Source: Oligoflexia bacterium (GTDB lineage Bacteria; Bdellovibrionota; UBA1018). From it: a stretch of 64,000 bases of DNA. Of this stretch, positions 35,349 to 43,722 are shown in pieces. The notes under the pieces are model-generated. The model saw only the letters and a program-made list of their open reading frames with translations. It was not told where the DNA came from and did not search any database. A program made the translations under genes and the position numbers. Where the stretch lies: positions 14,477 to 78,476 of the forward strand of contig JARLHE010000055.1 in NCBI GenBank assembly GCA_031292385.1. The letters are read 5' to 3'. Every line of letters starts with the position of its first letter. Positions within the stretch are counted from its first letter, which is position 1.

Positions 35349-36467
35349 ATGGCAGTTTTGAGTTTCAGGCTCGTACGGAACCTCGCCGTCGGACTGTTTT
35401 GTTGCCTGTCGACACCGGTCTGCGCGGATAACTCAACATCCGCGGCCGCCGAATCGGTCGCCACTCCATCGCCAATCCCCGGTCAGCTGCTCACGCAAGT
35501 CGCGGTCCCTTGTAATCCCCCGAATCAGCCGCCGAAGCTCGGGCTTCGGAGCTGCTCCGTGGTCATTCCTCAAATGCAGGCAACACTGAAAGCCCGGATG
35601 CAAATGCAGGTCAATGGCGCGCCATCACCGACGCCGGTATCGGGCATTTATCAGGGTTGCGATCATAGTTCGGCCGTCTCGGGCGTTTGTTCGGATGGCC
35701 AGCCCGGAACCACGGTGCCCGGAAACGTCTGCGATCCGGTGGCCGGCATTTTCAACAATAATACGGCTGAAACCACGACCAATCATTTGGGGCAAAGCTG
35801 CGGCGAATGGGCTCATCCCGAAGCGCATCTCAGCGGCCATACCTGCTATTTGTCGATGAATTACGCGCACCCGTATCATACCGCGGAAGAAGCGTGGATG
35901 AGGGGCGCGCAAGTGCGCGGGATTGAGTGCCACTTGCAGCAAGTGACTACCGAGTTGGGCAATCAAGCCTTAAAGCTCACGAACGTGGGCAATACGCCCT
36001 CGCCGTGCGCGGCGGTTTTCACTCAGATCACTCAGCTGCAGTTGAGCGCCGCTCAGCAAGACGCGGCTTTGAAGGCGAGCCTCGTGTCGCAGCCAAACGT
36101 CAAGGAAACCGAGCTTTGCACGGGCGTTCAGGGCGCGAGCAGCGATTCCAACAACCCGGATGTCGGGGCGCTTCGCCAGAGCGCTTGCCAGCTCAAAGCG
36201 ACTCAGCAGAGTCTTGAGGCCAATTTCACGCAGATGGCGGCCTGCGAGGTCACCACTCGATTGATGTACTCGTATCAGTCCTTTTTGACCTCCCCGGATA
36301 ACGGACAAACGATCGACCAGGCCGTGATGTCCATTATCAATGGCCAGCAAGGCAATCATACGATGTGCTCGGTCGGTTATATTCAACCGAAATATAATCA
36401 ATATTTCCAACAGCGCTATTTCGCGCGGATGAACGCGATTTGGAACGATTCCGTCTGCAGTCAATAA
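35349..36467 (+). CDS. Secreted Cys-rich hypothetical protein
   Basis: Signal peptide LAVGLFCCLSTPVCA. About 20 Cys in 372 aa. No recognisable domain. Confidence 0.6.
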   Translation: MAVLSFRLVRNLAVGLFCCLSTPVCADNSTSAAAESVATPSPIPGQLLTQVAVPCNPPNQPPKLGLRSCSVVIPQMQATLKARMQMQVNGAPSPTPVSGIYQGCDHSSAVSGVCSDGQPGTTVPGNVCDPVAGIFNNNTAETTTNHLGQSCGEWAHPEAHLSGHTCYLSMNYAHPYHTAEEAWMRGAQVRGIECHLQQVTTELGNQALKLTNVGNTPSPCAAVFTQITQLQLSAAQQDAALKASLVSQPNVKETELCTGVQGASSDSNNPDVGALRQSACQLKATQQSLEANFTQMAACEVTTRLMYSYQSFLTSPDNGQTIDQAVMSIINGQQGNHTMCSVGYIQPKYNQYFQQRYFARMNAIWNDSVCSQ

Positions 36468-36482
36468 AAGGGGGAGCATGTC

Positions 36483-37454
36483 ATGAAAAAATTTAGGATG
36501 ACTCGGAATTGGGCTTTCTCCACTCTCTTGTCTGTCTCGACGGTCGGGGCTCTGATGGTGGGCTGTAATGACAGCGGTACGATGGCGACGACCAGCCCGA
36601 GCACGGGCAATCAGTGCTTGGCGCTCGATAAGGTGAGTTATCTTTCGGGCGCGGAGCAAACCTGCTGCTGCAACGGTACCACGGCGATCAATCCGGCGCC
36701 TGCCACATGCGCCGGCGCCTCGTTCACCTGTCCGGTCGGCCCCGCGGGGGTGGCCGAAACCGCGGGTACTTTGAGTGATGCGGCCCAAGCTTACAATTCG
36801 GGCCAGAGCGGACTGACCGCGGCGGGCCAGATGCTGAGCACGTCATCTCCCACGAACAATTCAGCCGCTGGACAGACCGGGCAAGCCTCGGCCGCGACTG
36901 CGGGCGGTTCTTTGGGAACTTTGGGTTCCACGACCAGCTCAACGCCCTCGGCCGCGAGCTTGGGTAATGCTTTAGGGGCAGGTTCTGGTGGGTTAGCGGG
37001 CGGGGGATCCGGGAGTTCGCCGGCGACGACGGGCTCAAGCGGTCTCAACAGCTTGGCTGGATTAAGTCCGGCGGCAACCCCTTCTTCAGTTCCGGGAGCA
37101 AATGGATTGCTCGCCAGCGCGGGCAGCGGGTCGGGCTCGGGCCAAGGGCTGTATGCGGCAGGCGGCGGCGGGGGAGGCGGGATGGGGGGCGGTCTCTTCG
37201 GCGGCTCGTCGGATTCGACTTCTCCAGGCGGGGCTAAGGGCGATGTGAAAGATCTCTCCTCGGGCCGTTCTCCAGCGAGCGCGGACGTGATGGGATCGGC
37301 CGATCCGATCGATTATTTTACGCGCCTGAACTCGAGCGACAATCTCTTCAAGATCGTGGAGCGGCGCTATACGAGCAAGTCCCGGCAATGGGCGGTTTCC
37401 GACGCGCAAGCGCTTTCAGGCTCGGTTAAGGTGCTAAAAGCCGTTAAAAAATAG
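36483..37454 (+). CDS. Lipoprotein with CxxCC-rich head and long Gly/Ser/Ala low-complexity region
   Basis: Lipobox-like GALMVGCNDS. Contains GGGGGGGMGGGLFGG and a conserved-looking C-terminal about 60 aa. Confidence 0.6.
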   Translation: MKKFRMTRNWAFSTLLSVSTVGALMVGCNDSGTMATTSPSTGNQCLALDKVSYLSGAEQTCCCNGTTAINPAPATCAGASFTCPVGPAGVAETAGTLSDAAQAYNSGQSGLTAAGQMLSTSSPTNNSAAGQTGQASAATAGGSLGTLGSTTSSTPSAASLGNALGAGSGGLAGGGSGSSPATTGSSGLNSLAGLSPAATPSSVPGANGLLASAGSGSGSGQGLYAAGGGGGGGMGGGLFGGSSDSTSPGGAKGDVKDLSSGRSPASADVMGSADPIDYFTRLNSSDNLFKIVERRYTSKSRQWAVSDAQALSGSVKVLKAVKK

Positions 37455-37511
37455 CTCCTTCGAATTCGTTGTTTGAATTCGTGAGGCCTGGCCGTTATAA
37501 CCTCGGGGAAG

Positions 37512-39035
37512 ATGTCATCCTCCTCGAATCATTCGCATCCTGTTCGTGTCCGCTTTGCGCCGTCTCCCACCGGTTTTTTGCATATCGGAGGGGTCCGGAC
37601 CGCGCTCTTTAATTGGCTGTACGCCCGTCACCTGGGCGGTCAGTTTTTGCTTCGAATCGAAGATACCGATTTAGAGCGTTCGGAAGAGCGTTTTACCTCC
37701 GATATCATCGCCTCGATGAAGTGGCTGGGCCTGAACTGGGATGAGGAACCCATTTTCCAGAGCAAGCGATTGGAAGAATATCGCGCCAAGGCTTTGGAGC
37801 TGGTCGCGCGCGGTCTTGCCTACAAGTGCTTTTGCTCGGAAGAGGAAGTCGAGCAGATGCGGGTCAAGGCGACGGCCGAGGGCAAAAAGCCCATGTACGA
37901 TCGCCACTGCCGCGATTTGGGGCTGGAGCGGCATCCGACCGAGCCGAATCGTCCGTGGGTGATCCGCTCCAAGACCCCGCTCGCGGGCTATGTCGAATTC
38001 ACCGATCTGATCCGCGGCCCGATCCGGGTGGAGAACACCGAAATCGATGATTTCGTCTTGATCCGATCGAACGGCGCGCCGACCTATAATCTTTCGGTGG
38101 TCGTGGACGACGTCTATTCGCGCATGACCCACATCATTCGCGGCGACGATCATATCAACAATACCCCGAAACAAATTCATCTTTACCGCGCGCTCGGCTA
38201 CGAAGTTCCGCTTTTCGCGCATTTGCCAATGATTTTGGGCCCGGATAAGAAAAAACTCTCGAAACGCCATGGCGCGGTTTCGGCGAATGTTTATCGCTCG
38301 GACGGTTATCTGCCGGAGGCGCTGCTGAATTTCCTCGCGCGGCTCGGCTGGAGCCACGGCGATCAGGAAATTTTCACCATCCAAGAGATGATTCAGTATT
38401 TCTCTTTCGATCATTGCCAGAAGAGCTCGGCCGTTTTCAATGTCGAGAAGCTGCTTTGGTTGAACGGCGCGCATATTCGCGGGGCGGATCCGAAGCGGCT
38501 GGCGTCGATCGTCGCCGAAGATTATTCCGATCATTTCGCGGGCATTCCCCAAGCGCTTTCGCGCCTGAAAACCGATCTCGGCGCGCGGATCGTGAGCATG
38601 GTTCAGCCTAAAGTGAAATTGATCAAAGAGCTGACGGAGCAAGTCGTTCCACTCTGTACGCCCGGCGCGGTGGAAGTCGATGCCAGCGGTTTGAAGTGGA
38701 ACAAGGACGAAAACCTGAAGGCCGCGACCCAGGCGGCCGTGCAGCGCGTGCTGGATGAGCTTTCCAAAAAAGTCGCAGCCTCCGGCGTGAAGTCCGGGTC
38801 CGACCCGGTCTGGGGCGGTACTCCATCGCTCGAAGAGGTGGGAATGAATCACGAAGGCGTGGATGCCTATCTGCGCCAAGTCGGCGAGCAGCATGGCGTT
38901 AAACTGGGGGACCTGGTTCAGCCCATGCGCTTGGTAGTGACCGGCCGCATGGTCAGCGCCAGTTTGTTTGATTTGATGGCGATTTTGCCCTGGGATGTGG
39001 TGGAAACCCGCCTTCGTAAAATCGCCGCTCTCTGA
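37512..39035 (+). CDS. gltX: Glutamate--tRNA ligase
   Basis: VRVRFAPSPTGFLHIGGVRTALFNW (HIGH motif) and KLSKRHG (KMSKS motif). Confidence 0.95.
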   Translation: MSSSSNHSHPVRVRFAPSPTGFLHIGGVRTALFNWLYARHLGGQFLLRIEDTDLERSEERFTSDIIASMKWLGLNWDEEPIFQSKRLEEYRAKALELVARGLAYKCFCSEEEVEQMRVKATAEGKKPMYDRHCRDLGLERHPTEPNRPWVIRSKTPLAGYVEFTDLIRGPIRVENTEIDDFVLIRSNGAPTYNLSVVVDDVYSRMTHIIRGDDHINNTPKQIHLYRALGYEVPLFAHLPMILGPDKKKLSKRHGAVSANVYRSDGYLPEALLNFLARLGWSHGDQEIFTIQEMIQYFSFDHCQKSSAVFNVEKLLWLNGAHIRGADPKRLASIVAEDYSDHFAGIPQALSRLKTDLGARIVSMVQPKVKLIKELTEQVVPLCTPGAVEVDASGLKWNKDENLKAATQAAVQRVLDELSKKVAASGVKSGSDPVWGGTPSLEEVGMNHEGVDAYLRQVGEQHGVKLGDLVQPMRLVVTGRMVSASLFDLMAILPWDVVETRLRKIAAL

Positions 39036-39047
39036 TAGGATCTTTCG

Positions 39048-41018
39048 ATGAGCTCGCCACGCGAAAACAATCCTTCCAAGGCTCCTTCCGGTCCACCGGA
39101 TATCCCGACGCTTTTGAAAAGGGTCGCGCGCCCCAAGCGGATGGTCGTGACCGCCGGCATGCCTTACGCGAACGGCCCGCTTCATCTCGGACATTTGGCG
39201 GGCGCGCATGTGCCGGCCGATGTTTACGCCCGTTATATGGGGATGCTGATCGGCCGCGAAAACGTGCTCTTCGTTTGCGGGACGGACGATCACGGGTCGA
39301 CGAGCGAAGTGGCCGCCATCCAGGCGGGGAAAACCGTGCAGGAATTCATCGGCGCCATTCACGACAAGCAGCGCGCGACGATGAAGCGCTACGGAATCGG
39401 GCTCGATGTTTATACCGGCACTTCGCGTCCTGAGTGTTTTCCGATGCATCGCGATCTTGCCCAGGATTTCTTACGAAAGCTTCGTGCGAACGGCATGCTG
39501 CAAAAGCGCACGAGCCAGCAGTGGTTTGACCCGAAGATCGGGCGCTTTCTCCAGGATCGCTACGTCCGCGGCAAATGCCCGAACCCCAAATGCACGAACG
39601 AGAAGGCTTACAGCGACGATTGCGACGTTTGCGGCGCGCAGTACGCTCCCTCGGAGCTCCTCAACCCGACGAGCACGTTGAGCGACGCGACTCCCGTTTT
39701 GAAGGATACCGATCACTTCTGGCTCGATATGTGGAAGGTTTCCGATCTTCTTTGCGAATGGATCAAGAGCAAAGAAGGCCAGTGGCGCATGCCCGTTTAC
39801 AATGAGGTGATCAATACCGTTTTGCCGTCGCTTCGTTTCGATAATATCCACGAGGCCAAGTATAAAGAGCTGAAAGAGACGCTTCCGAAGCATAAGAGCA
39901 AGTACGCGGCGGGCAAGAAGATCGCGGCGCAATTCGAGTCGAAAGCCGATCTTTACCAAGGCCAAAAGATCCTCCAGGAAAACGGCGTTCCCTCCGAGCT
40001 GATCGATGATTGGGCGTATCGCTCGATCACCCGCGACGTGACATGGGGGATACCGCTGCCGGCCGATCTCGATCCCGAGATGGCGAAGGGCAAGACGCTT
40101 TACGTTTGGCCGGACTCGCTGATCGCGCCGATTTCGTTCTCGAAAGTGGCGTTGACGGAAAGAGGCCTGGATTCCGAAAAATATGTCGAGTTTTGGCGCG
40201 ATCCCGAGGCCCGCGTTTCCCAGTTTTTAGGCCAGGACAACGTGTTTTTCTACGTCATCATGCAAGGGGCGATGTGGATCGGGACGCAAAAAGACCCGAC
40301 TCATCTGCCGGTCGCGGGCGATCTTCAGATGACCGATATTTTCAGCTGCTTTCACCTCATGGTGAACGGCGAGAAAATGAGCAAGTCGCGCGGAAATTTC
40401 TACAGCGCCGACCAGCTCGTCGATGAGATGGGCTATTCGCCTGATCAGATCCGTTATTTCCTGGCGCTTCTGAGCCTTCCCGAAAAGGCCTCGAATTTCG
40501 ATTTCGCCACGCTCGACGAAAGAAACCGCTTCCTCGCCGGGCCCCTCAATGCGTCGTTTGAAAAGCCAATCTCGGCCGTTCATTCGAAGTTCGGCGGGCG
40601 CGTGCCGGAAGGGGAGTTGCTCGAAAAGACGGTGCAGGAAACCACTCGCATCGTGCAGCGCTATCTGAAATCCATGGAGAAGGCCGAGTACTCGACCCTG
40701 CTTTTCGCGATCGAGAACTACGCCCGTCAGATCAATAGCCTGTTCACCCAGTTCAAGCCGCACGATGACCGGTTTCCTGAGGAAGCCCGTAAAAACGCTT
40801 TGTATACCTGTTTTTACGTTTTAAAAAACCTCATGATCATGCTGTACCCGTTCGTGCCCGAGACCATGGAAAAGTTGCGTGTCGCGCTCAGGCTTGATCC
40901 TTCGGTCTTTAGTGTCGACGAGCTCGGGAAGCCGATCCCGGGGGGCCATGAGATCGGCCCGATGGTCAGCTTCTTCCCGGCGGTCAAAGAGGGGGCCACC
41001 CCCGAAAGCTCGTCGTGA
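39048..41018 (+). CDS. metG: Methionine--tRNA ligase
   Basis: Contains PYANGPLHLGHL, the zinc knuckle CPNPKCTNEKAYSDDCDVCG, and KMSKSRGN. Confidence 0.95.
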   Translation: MSSPRENNPSKAPSGPPDIPTLLKRVARPKRMVVTAGMPYANGPLHLGHLAGAHVPADVYARYMGMLIGRENVLFVCGTDDHGSTSEVAAIQAGKTVQEFIGAIHDKQRATMKRYGIGLDVYTGTSRPECFPMHRDLAQDFLRKLRANGMLQKRTSQQWFDPKIGRFLQDRYVRGKCPNPKCTNEKAYSDDCDVCGAQYAPSELLNPTSTLSDATPVLKDTDHFWLDMWKVSDLLCEWIKSKEGQWRMPVYNEVINTVLPSLRFDNIHEAKYKELKETLPKHKSKYAAGKKIAAQFESKADLYQGQKILQENGVPSELIDDWAYRSITRDVTWGIPLPADLDPEMAKGKTLYVWPDSLIAPISFSKVALTERGLDSEKYVEFWRDPEARVSQFLGQDNVFFYVIMQGAMWIGTQKDPTHLPVAGDLQMTDIFSCFHLMVNGEKMSKSRGNFYSADQLVDEMGYSPDQIRYFLALLSLPEKASNFDFATLDERNRFLAGPLNASFEKPISAVHSKFGGRVPEGELLEKTVQETTRIVQRYLKSMEKAEYSTLLFAIENYARQINSLFTQFKPHDDRFPEEARKNALYTCFYVLKNLMIMLYPFVPETMEKLRVALRLDPSVFSVDELGKPIPGGHEIGPMVSFFPAVKEGATPESSS

Positions 41019-41069
41019 CAACGGCGCGATCTTGGGCTAAACGGAAGTAACAATCCGGCCCGTTTCTGT

Positions 41070-41143
41070 TGGGGAATCGTCCAATGGTAGGACTCCAGAC
41101 TCTGACTCTGGCTATCTAGGTTCGAATCCTAGTTCCCCAGCCA
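41070..41143 (+). tRNA. tRNA-Gln (anticodon CUG), 74 nt with encoded CCA
   Basis: Manual cloverleaf fold: acceptor TGGGGAA/TTCCCCA (U1-A72, typical of bacterial tRNA-Gln), D stem GTCC/GGAC, anticodon stem CCAGA/TCTGG with loop CTCTGAC, T arm CTAGG-TTCGAAT-CCTAG, discriminator G and CCA. Confidence 0.92.
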
Positions 41144-41386
41144 TTCTTCTGATCGAAAAGACAAACTGAAAACGAATTATCTAGTCGCGTTAAGTACTTA
41201 AAACCACAAGAAGCGCATCACAATCGAAGTTGAAACATTTCCAGGTATTTCTGGGTATTTCAAAACTTTGCTACTTTTTTGCTACATCCTGACTACAGCC
41301 TAATTTTCAATGAGCGAACTTTAACAAATCGCTCACGGGAAGGATTTCGATCCCTCCCGTGACGAAAATTGCCCTCGGAGGCTGTT

Positions 41387-41584
41387 ATGGAACTCGTTCG
41401 CTTTTACTCGTCTGTGATCTGGCTGGGCATCTCACTCGCCCTTGTGGGCCAGCTCAAATCCTGCACCATGGTGATGATGGGCAAGGCTGCCCAAGCCACG
41501 CAGGGCGGAATCATGTCCTATTCCAAGTTCAACCGGCAGCTCTGGGCGCCAGCCCCGGTCGGCCCATTCCGAACACATAGGTAA
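41387..41584 (+). CDS. Small hydrophobic hypothetical protein (65 aa)
   Basis: GGAGG lies 6 nt upstream of the ATG at 41387, and there is one predicted TM segment (VIWLGISLALVGQL). The listed ORF start at 41369 lacks an RBS. Confidence 0.35.
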   Translation: MELVRFYSSVIWLGISLALVGQLKSCTMVMMGKAAQATQGGIMSYSKFNRQLWAPAPVGPFRTHR

Positions 41585-41634
41585 CACTTTTGCCCTGAAC
41601 GAATCGCCAGCCCCATTCACAAACCCACCCAAGC

Positions 41635-41670
41635 CACGGCCCAAGGACCTAATCAAGTCCTTGGGCCGTG
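41635..41670. promoter_or_regulatory. 14-bp perfect inverted repeat immediately upstream of the recombinase RBS
   Basis: cacggcccaaggac (41635-41648), an 8-nt spacer ctaatcaa, then gtccttgggccgtg (41657-41670). The recombinase AAGGAG RBS follows at 41681. No U-tract is present. Confidence 0.6.
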
Positions 41671-41690
41671 GTGCATTTAGAAGGAGAAGT

Positions 41691-42431
41691 ATGGAAAATA
41701 ATTCAGAACCCCAAAAGAAAAGGCGCACGGCCCTATACGCGAGAGTAAGCACTGATATGCAATCGGGCGGATTGGAATCGCAAATCCGTGCCCTACGCAT
41801 TTTCTGTGAGCAAAACAACATCACTGATTTCGAACTCTTCGCCGACGAGGGCATCAGCGGGACCAAGCAGTCTCGACCTGGTCTTGACCGAATGATGGCC
41901 GCTGTCGAGAACGGGGAGGTCGATGCCGTGATCGTTTTTGCATTCTCACGCTTTGCTCGCTCCGTCACACACATGCTCAAGGGTCTTGAGACCATGAAGA
42001 AGCATAAAACGAATTTCGTCTCGCTCTCAGAGAAGCTCGATCTCAACACCAGTTTGGGTCACGTCGTATTCGTGATTATCTCAGCGATCTCCCAACTTGA
42101 ACGTGACCTCATCGCCGAACGCGTTCGCAACGGACTTGCGAACGCTCGTGCTAAAGGAAAACGGATCGGAAGGCTGAAAACCAGAAACTCGGTTCTCATT
42201 CGAGAATTGCTTGATTCAGGTTTACCCCATAGAGAGATTGCCAGGATCGCCCGTTGCTCGCATGGCAGTGTTAGTCTGGAAAAAAAGGGATATTTAGCCG
42301 AAAAACAAGCCAATGCCCAAAAGAAGGCTCTTGCCGATGCGTTTGCAGTTCAAGGACTTTCGACCATCGAGCCGCGCATGCTCCCTGTCTCTGCAAACCT
42401 GATCGAAGACCAAACCGGAAAGGGCATCTAG
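41691..42431 (+). CDS. Small serine recombinase (resolvase/invertase family) with C-terminal HTH
   Basis: ALYARVSTDMQSGGLESQ contains the catalytic Ser motif. Also FAFSRFARS, LERDLIAERVRNGL, and the C-terminal HTH HREIARIARCSHGSV. ATG 41691 is preceded by AAGGAG, whereas the listed start at 41661 is TTG. Confidence 0.88.
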   Translation: MENNSEPQKKRRTALYARVSTDMQSGGLESQIRALRIFCEQNNITDFELFADEGISGTKQSRPGLDRMMAAVENGEVDAVIVFAFSRFARSVTHMLKGLETMKKHKTNFVSLSEKLDLNTSLGHVVFVIISAISQLERDLIAERVRNGLANARAKGKRIGRLKTRNSVLIRELLDSGLPHREIARIARCSHGSVSLEKKGYLAEKQANAQKKALADAFAVQGLSTIEPRMLPVSANLIEDQTGKGI

Positions 42432-42433
42432 TC

Positions 42434-42718
42434 ATGAGTGCAGCAATGAAAGCCGTCTTAAAGATCGCCGAGAATCCCAAGATGAAAAATATCCTCATGC
42501 CCGTAATCAACCTGGATGCAGAGGAAATTTATTGGGATAAAATCCAAATGGCCTCGCTTTCGGGTGGCCAGCGCACGGCCATCTCCTGGGCGTGGTGCAT
42601 TTGGGCCTGCTCACAAGTCGCCACACCGTCCGAGATGCGAGATCCGTTTGAGGGTTTTCGTGGAATGGACCGCGATCTCCAATTATCAATAATCAGTGCG
42701 CTCGTTACGCGAGCCTAG
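42434..42718 (+). CDS. Hypothetical protein (94 aa), coupled to the recombinase
   Basis: The ATG lies 2 nt after the recombinase stop, and a good terminator follows. No recognisable domain. Confidence 0.5.
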   Translation: MSAAMKAVLKIAENPKMKNILMPVINLDAEEIYWDKIQMASLSGGQRTAISWAWCIWACSQVATPSEMRDPFEGFRGMDRDLQLSIISALVTRA

Positions 42719-42737
42719 TCAATCGAAGTAAAGGAAG

Positions 42738-42772
42738 GGTGAGCCCGTGGTGGGGCTCGCCTTTTCTTTTTT
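42738..42772 (+). terminator. Rho-independent terminator
   Basis: ggtgagccc / gtggt / gggctcgcc, followed by ttttctttttt. Confidence 0.8.
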
Positions 42773-43326
42773 CTGGGGTGATCAAGAAGGCTTAGTCACT
42801 CGACGCCGTTAAAATAAGTCCCCGCCCTACACTTGATGGTGTTGTAACTTTGGACGGGGACAAGATTTCCCGATAACGGGGACTCGAAGCTCGCTCGATC
42901 AAAAAACCATCAGAAAGTTGGATGCGCCTTCGTGCCAATCAGAAGTGTTTGTCGGTCGTCGCACCAGCCGAACTCAGCTCAACCACGTGCGATCTGAAGC
43001 TAATTTTGCTTCGATCAATCCGCGAAAAATGTGCGAGATCGCATTTTTTGGAAAACAAAACGAAGGTTGTGCAACATCAGCGGATCGGCTCTACTTTGCA
43101 TTTCTGGAGAACCATCGTTTCGAGTTCCCCGTGCTCACCGTTCGAAAAAGAGTGCATTGATGATTTGACGAAAACGGATACCTCTAAAAAAATACCTGGA
43201 GCTGCCGCACTGAACGGCTAGAAACCCTAATCTTCAAGCAAGCGCTTCCTTGTTTGTATTATCGACATTCAGCAGAATTTTCTCTGGCCTATACATACGC
43301 GTGACTGGGACCAAACACGCACTATT

Positions 43327-43722
43327 CTAGTCATCGGTTTTGGTTCGCCAAAGACCCTCTCCTCGTGAAGGCCCGGCGAGGTCGGGGATTGTTCTTTGAA
43401 TATTCTGCAACTCTATGCTTCCCGAGCGTTTAAGAACTGGCTTTTTGATCGTACCAATGACGGCTACTGTTTGCTCGTCAAGCGCACTCAGTTTCGAAAT
43501 CAACTTCTGCTGGCTCGAAGGATCTGGGGGCAGGTTCACCTTAAGGTCAATTTCGCTTGAGCTAAACTTGAAGATCTGCAACGTGAGTTGACTACTTTTC
43601 CAGGATAGAACACCTACGGCACGATAAAAACCAGGTCCGAAATCCGGTCCATTTTCGGCAAAAGCTACATTTGCGCAGAACGCAAGCCAAAAAATTAGAA
43701 TTAGAATTTGAAATCTCGGCAA
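43327..43722 (-). CDS. Small secreted hypothetical protein (131 aa)
   Basis: Signal peptide FQILILIFWLAFCANVAFA. It overlaps the 3' end of the upstream peptidase gene by 22 nt. Confidence 0.6.
   Translation of the reverse strand: MPRFQILILIFWLAFCANVAFAENGPDFGPGFYRAVGVLSWKSSQLTLQIFKFSSSEIDLKVNLPPDPSSQQKLISKLSALDEQTVAVIGTIKKPVLKRSGSIELQNIQRTIPDLAGPSRGEGLWRTKTDD

Noticed and set aside
36880-37260. Apparent DNA-level repetitiveness in the Gly/Ser-rich lipoprotein gene, and similarly at about 30600-31300 in infB
   Set aside because: It reflects low-complexity coding sequence (GGC/AGC/GCG-type codons) rather than a defined tandem DNA repeat. No exact repeating unit could be delineated.
37671-39449. 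592-aa ORF on the minus strand
   Set aside because: It is antisense to gltX and metG, spans their intergenic gap, and has no motifs. It is a shadow ORF caused by the scarcity of stop codons in GC-rich DNA.
41691-42431. Calling the serine recombinase the ICE integrase
   Set aside because: At about 246 aa with a simple C-terminal HTH it looks like a resolvase/invertase rather than a large serine integrase. tRNA-site integration is normally done by tyrosine integrases. The true integrase may lie beyond the window, so the role is left open.
42918-43221. Two overlapping ORFs of 80 and 99 aa
   Set aside because: They are mutually exclusive frames with no RBS and no recognisable features. The region is treated as non-coding or a possible pseudogene remnant.
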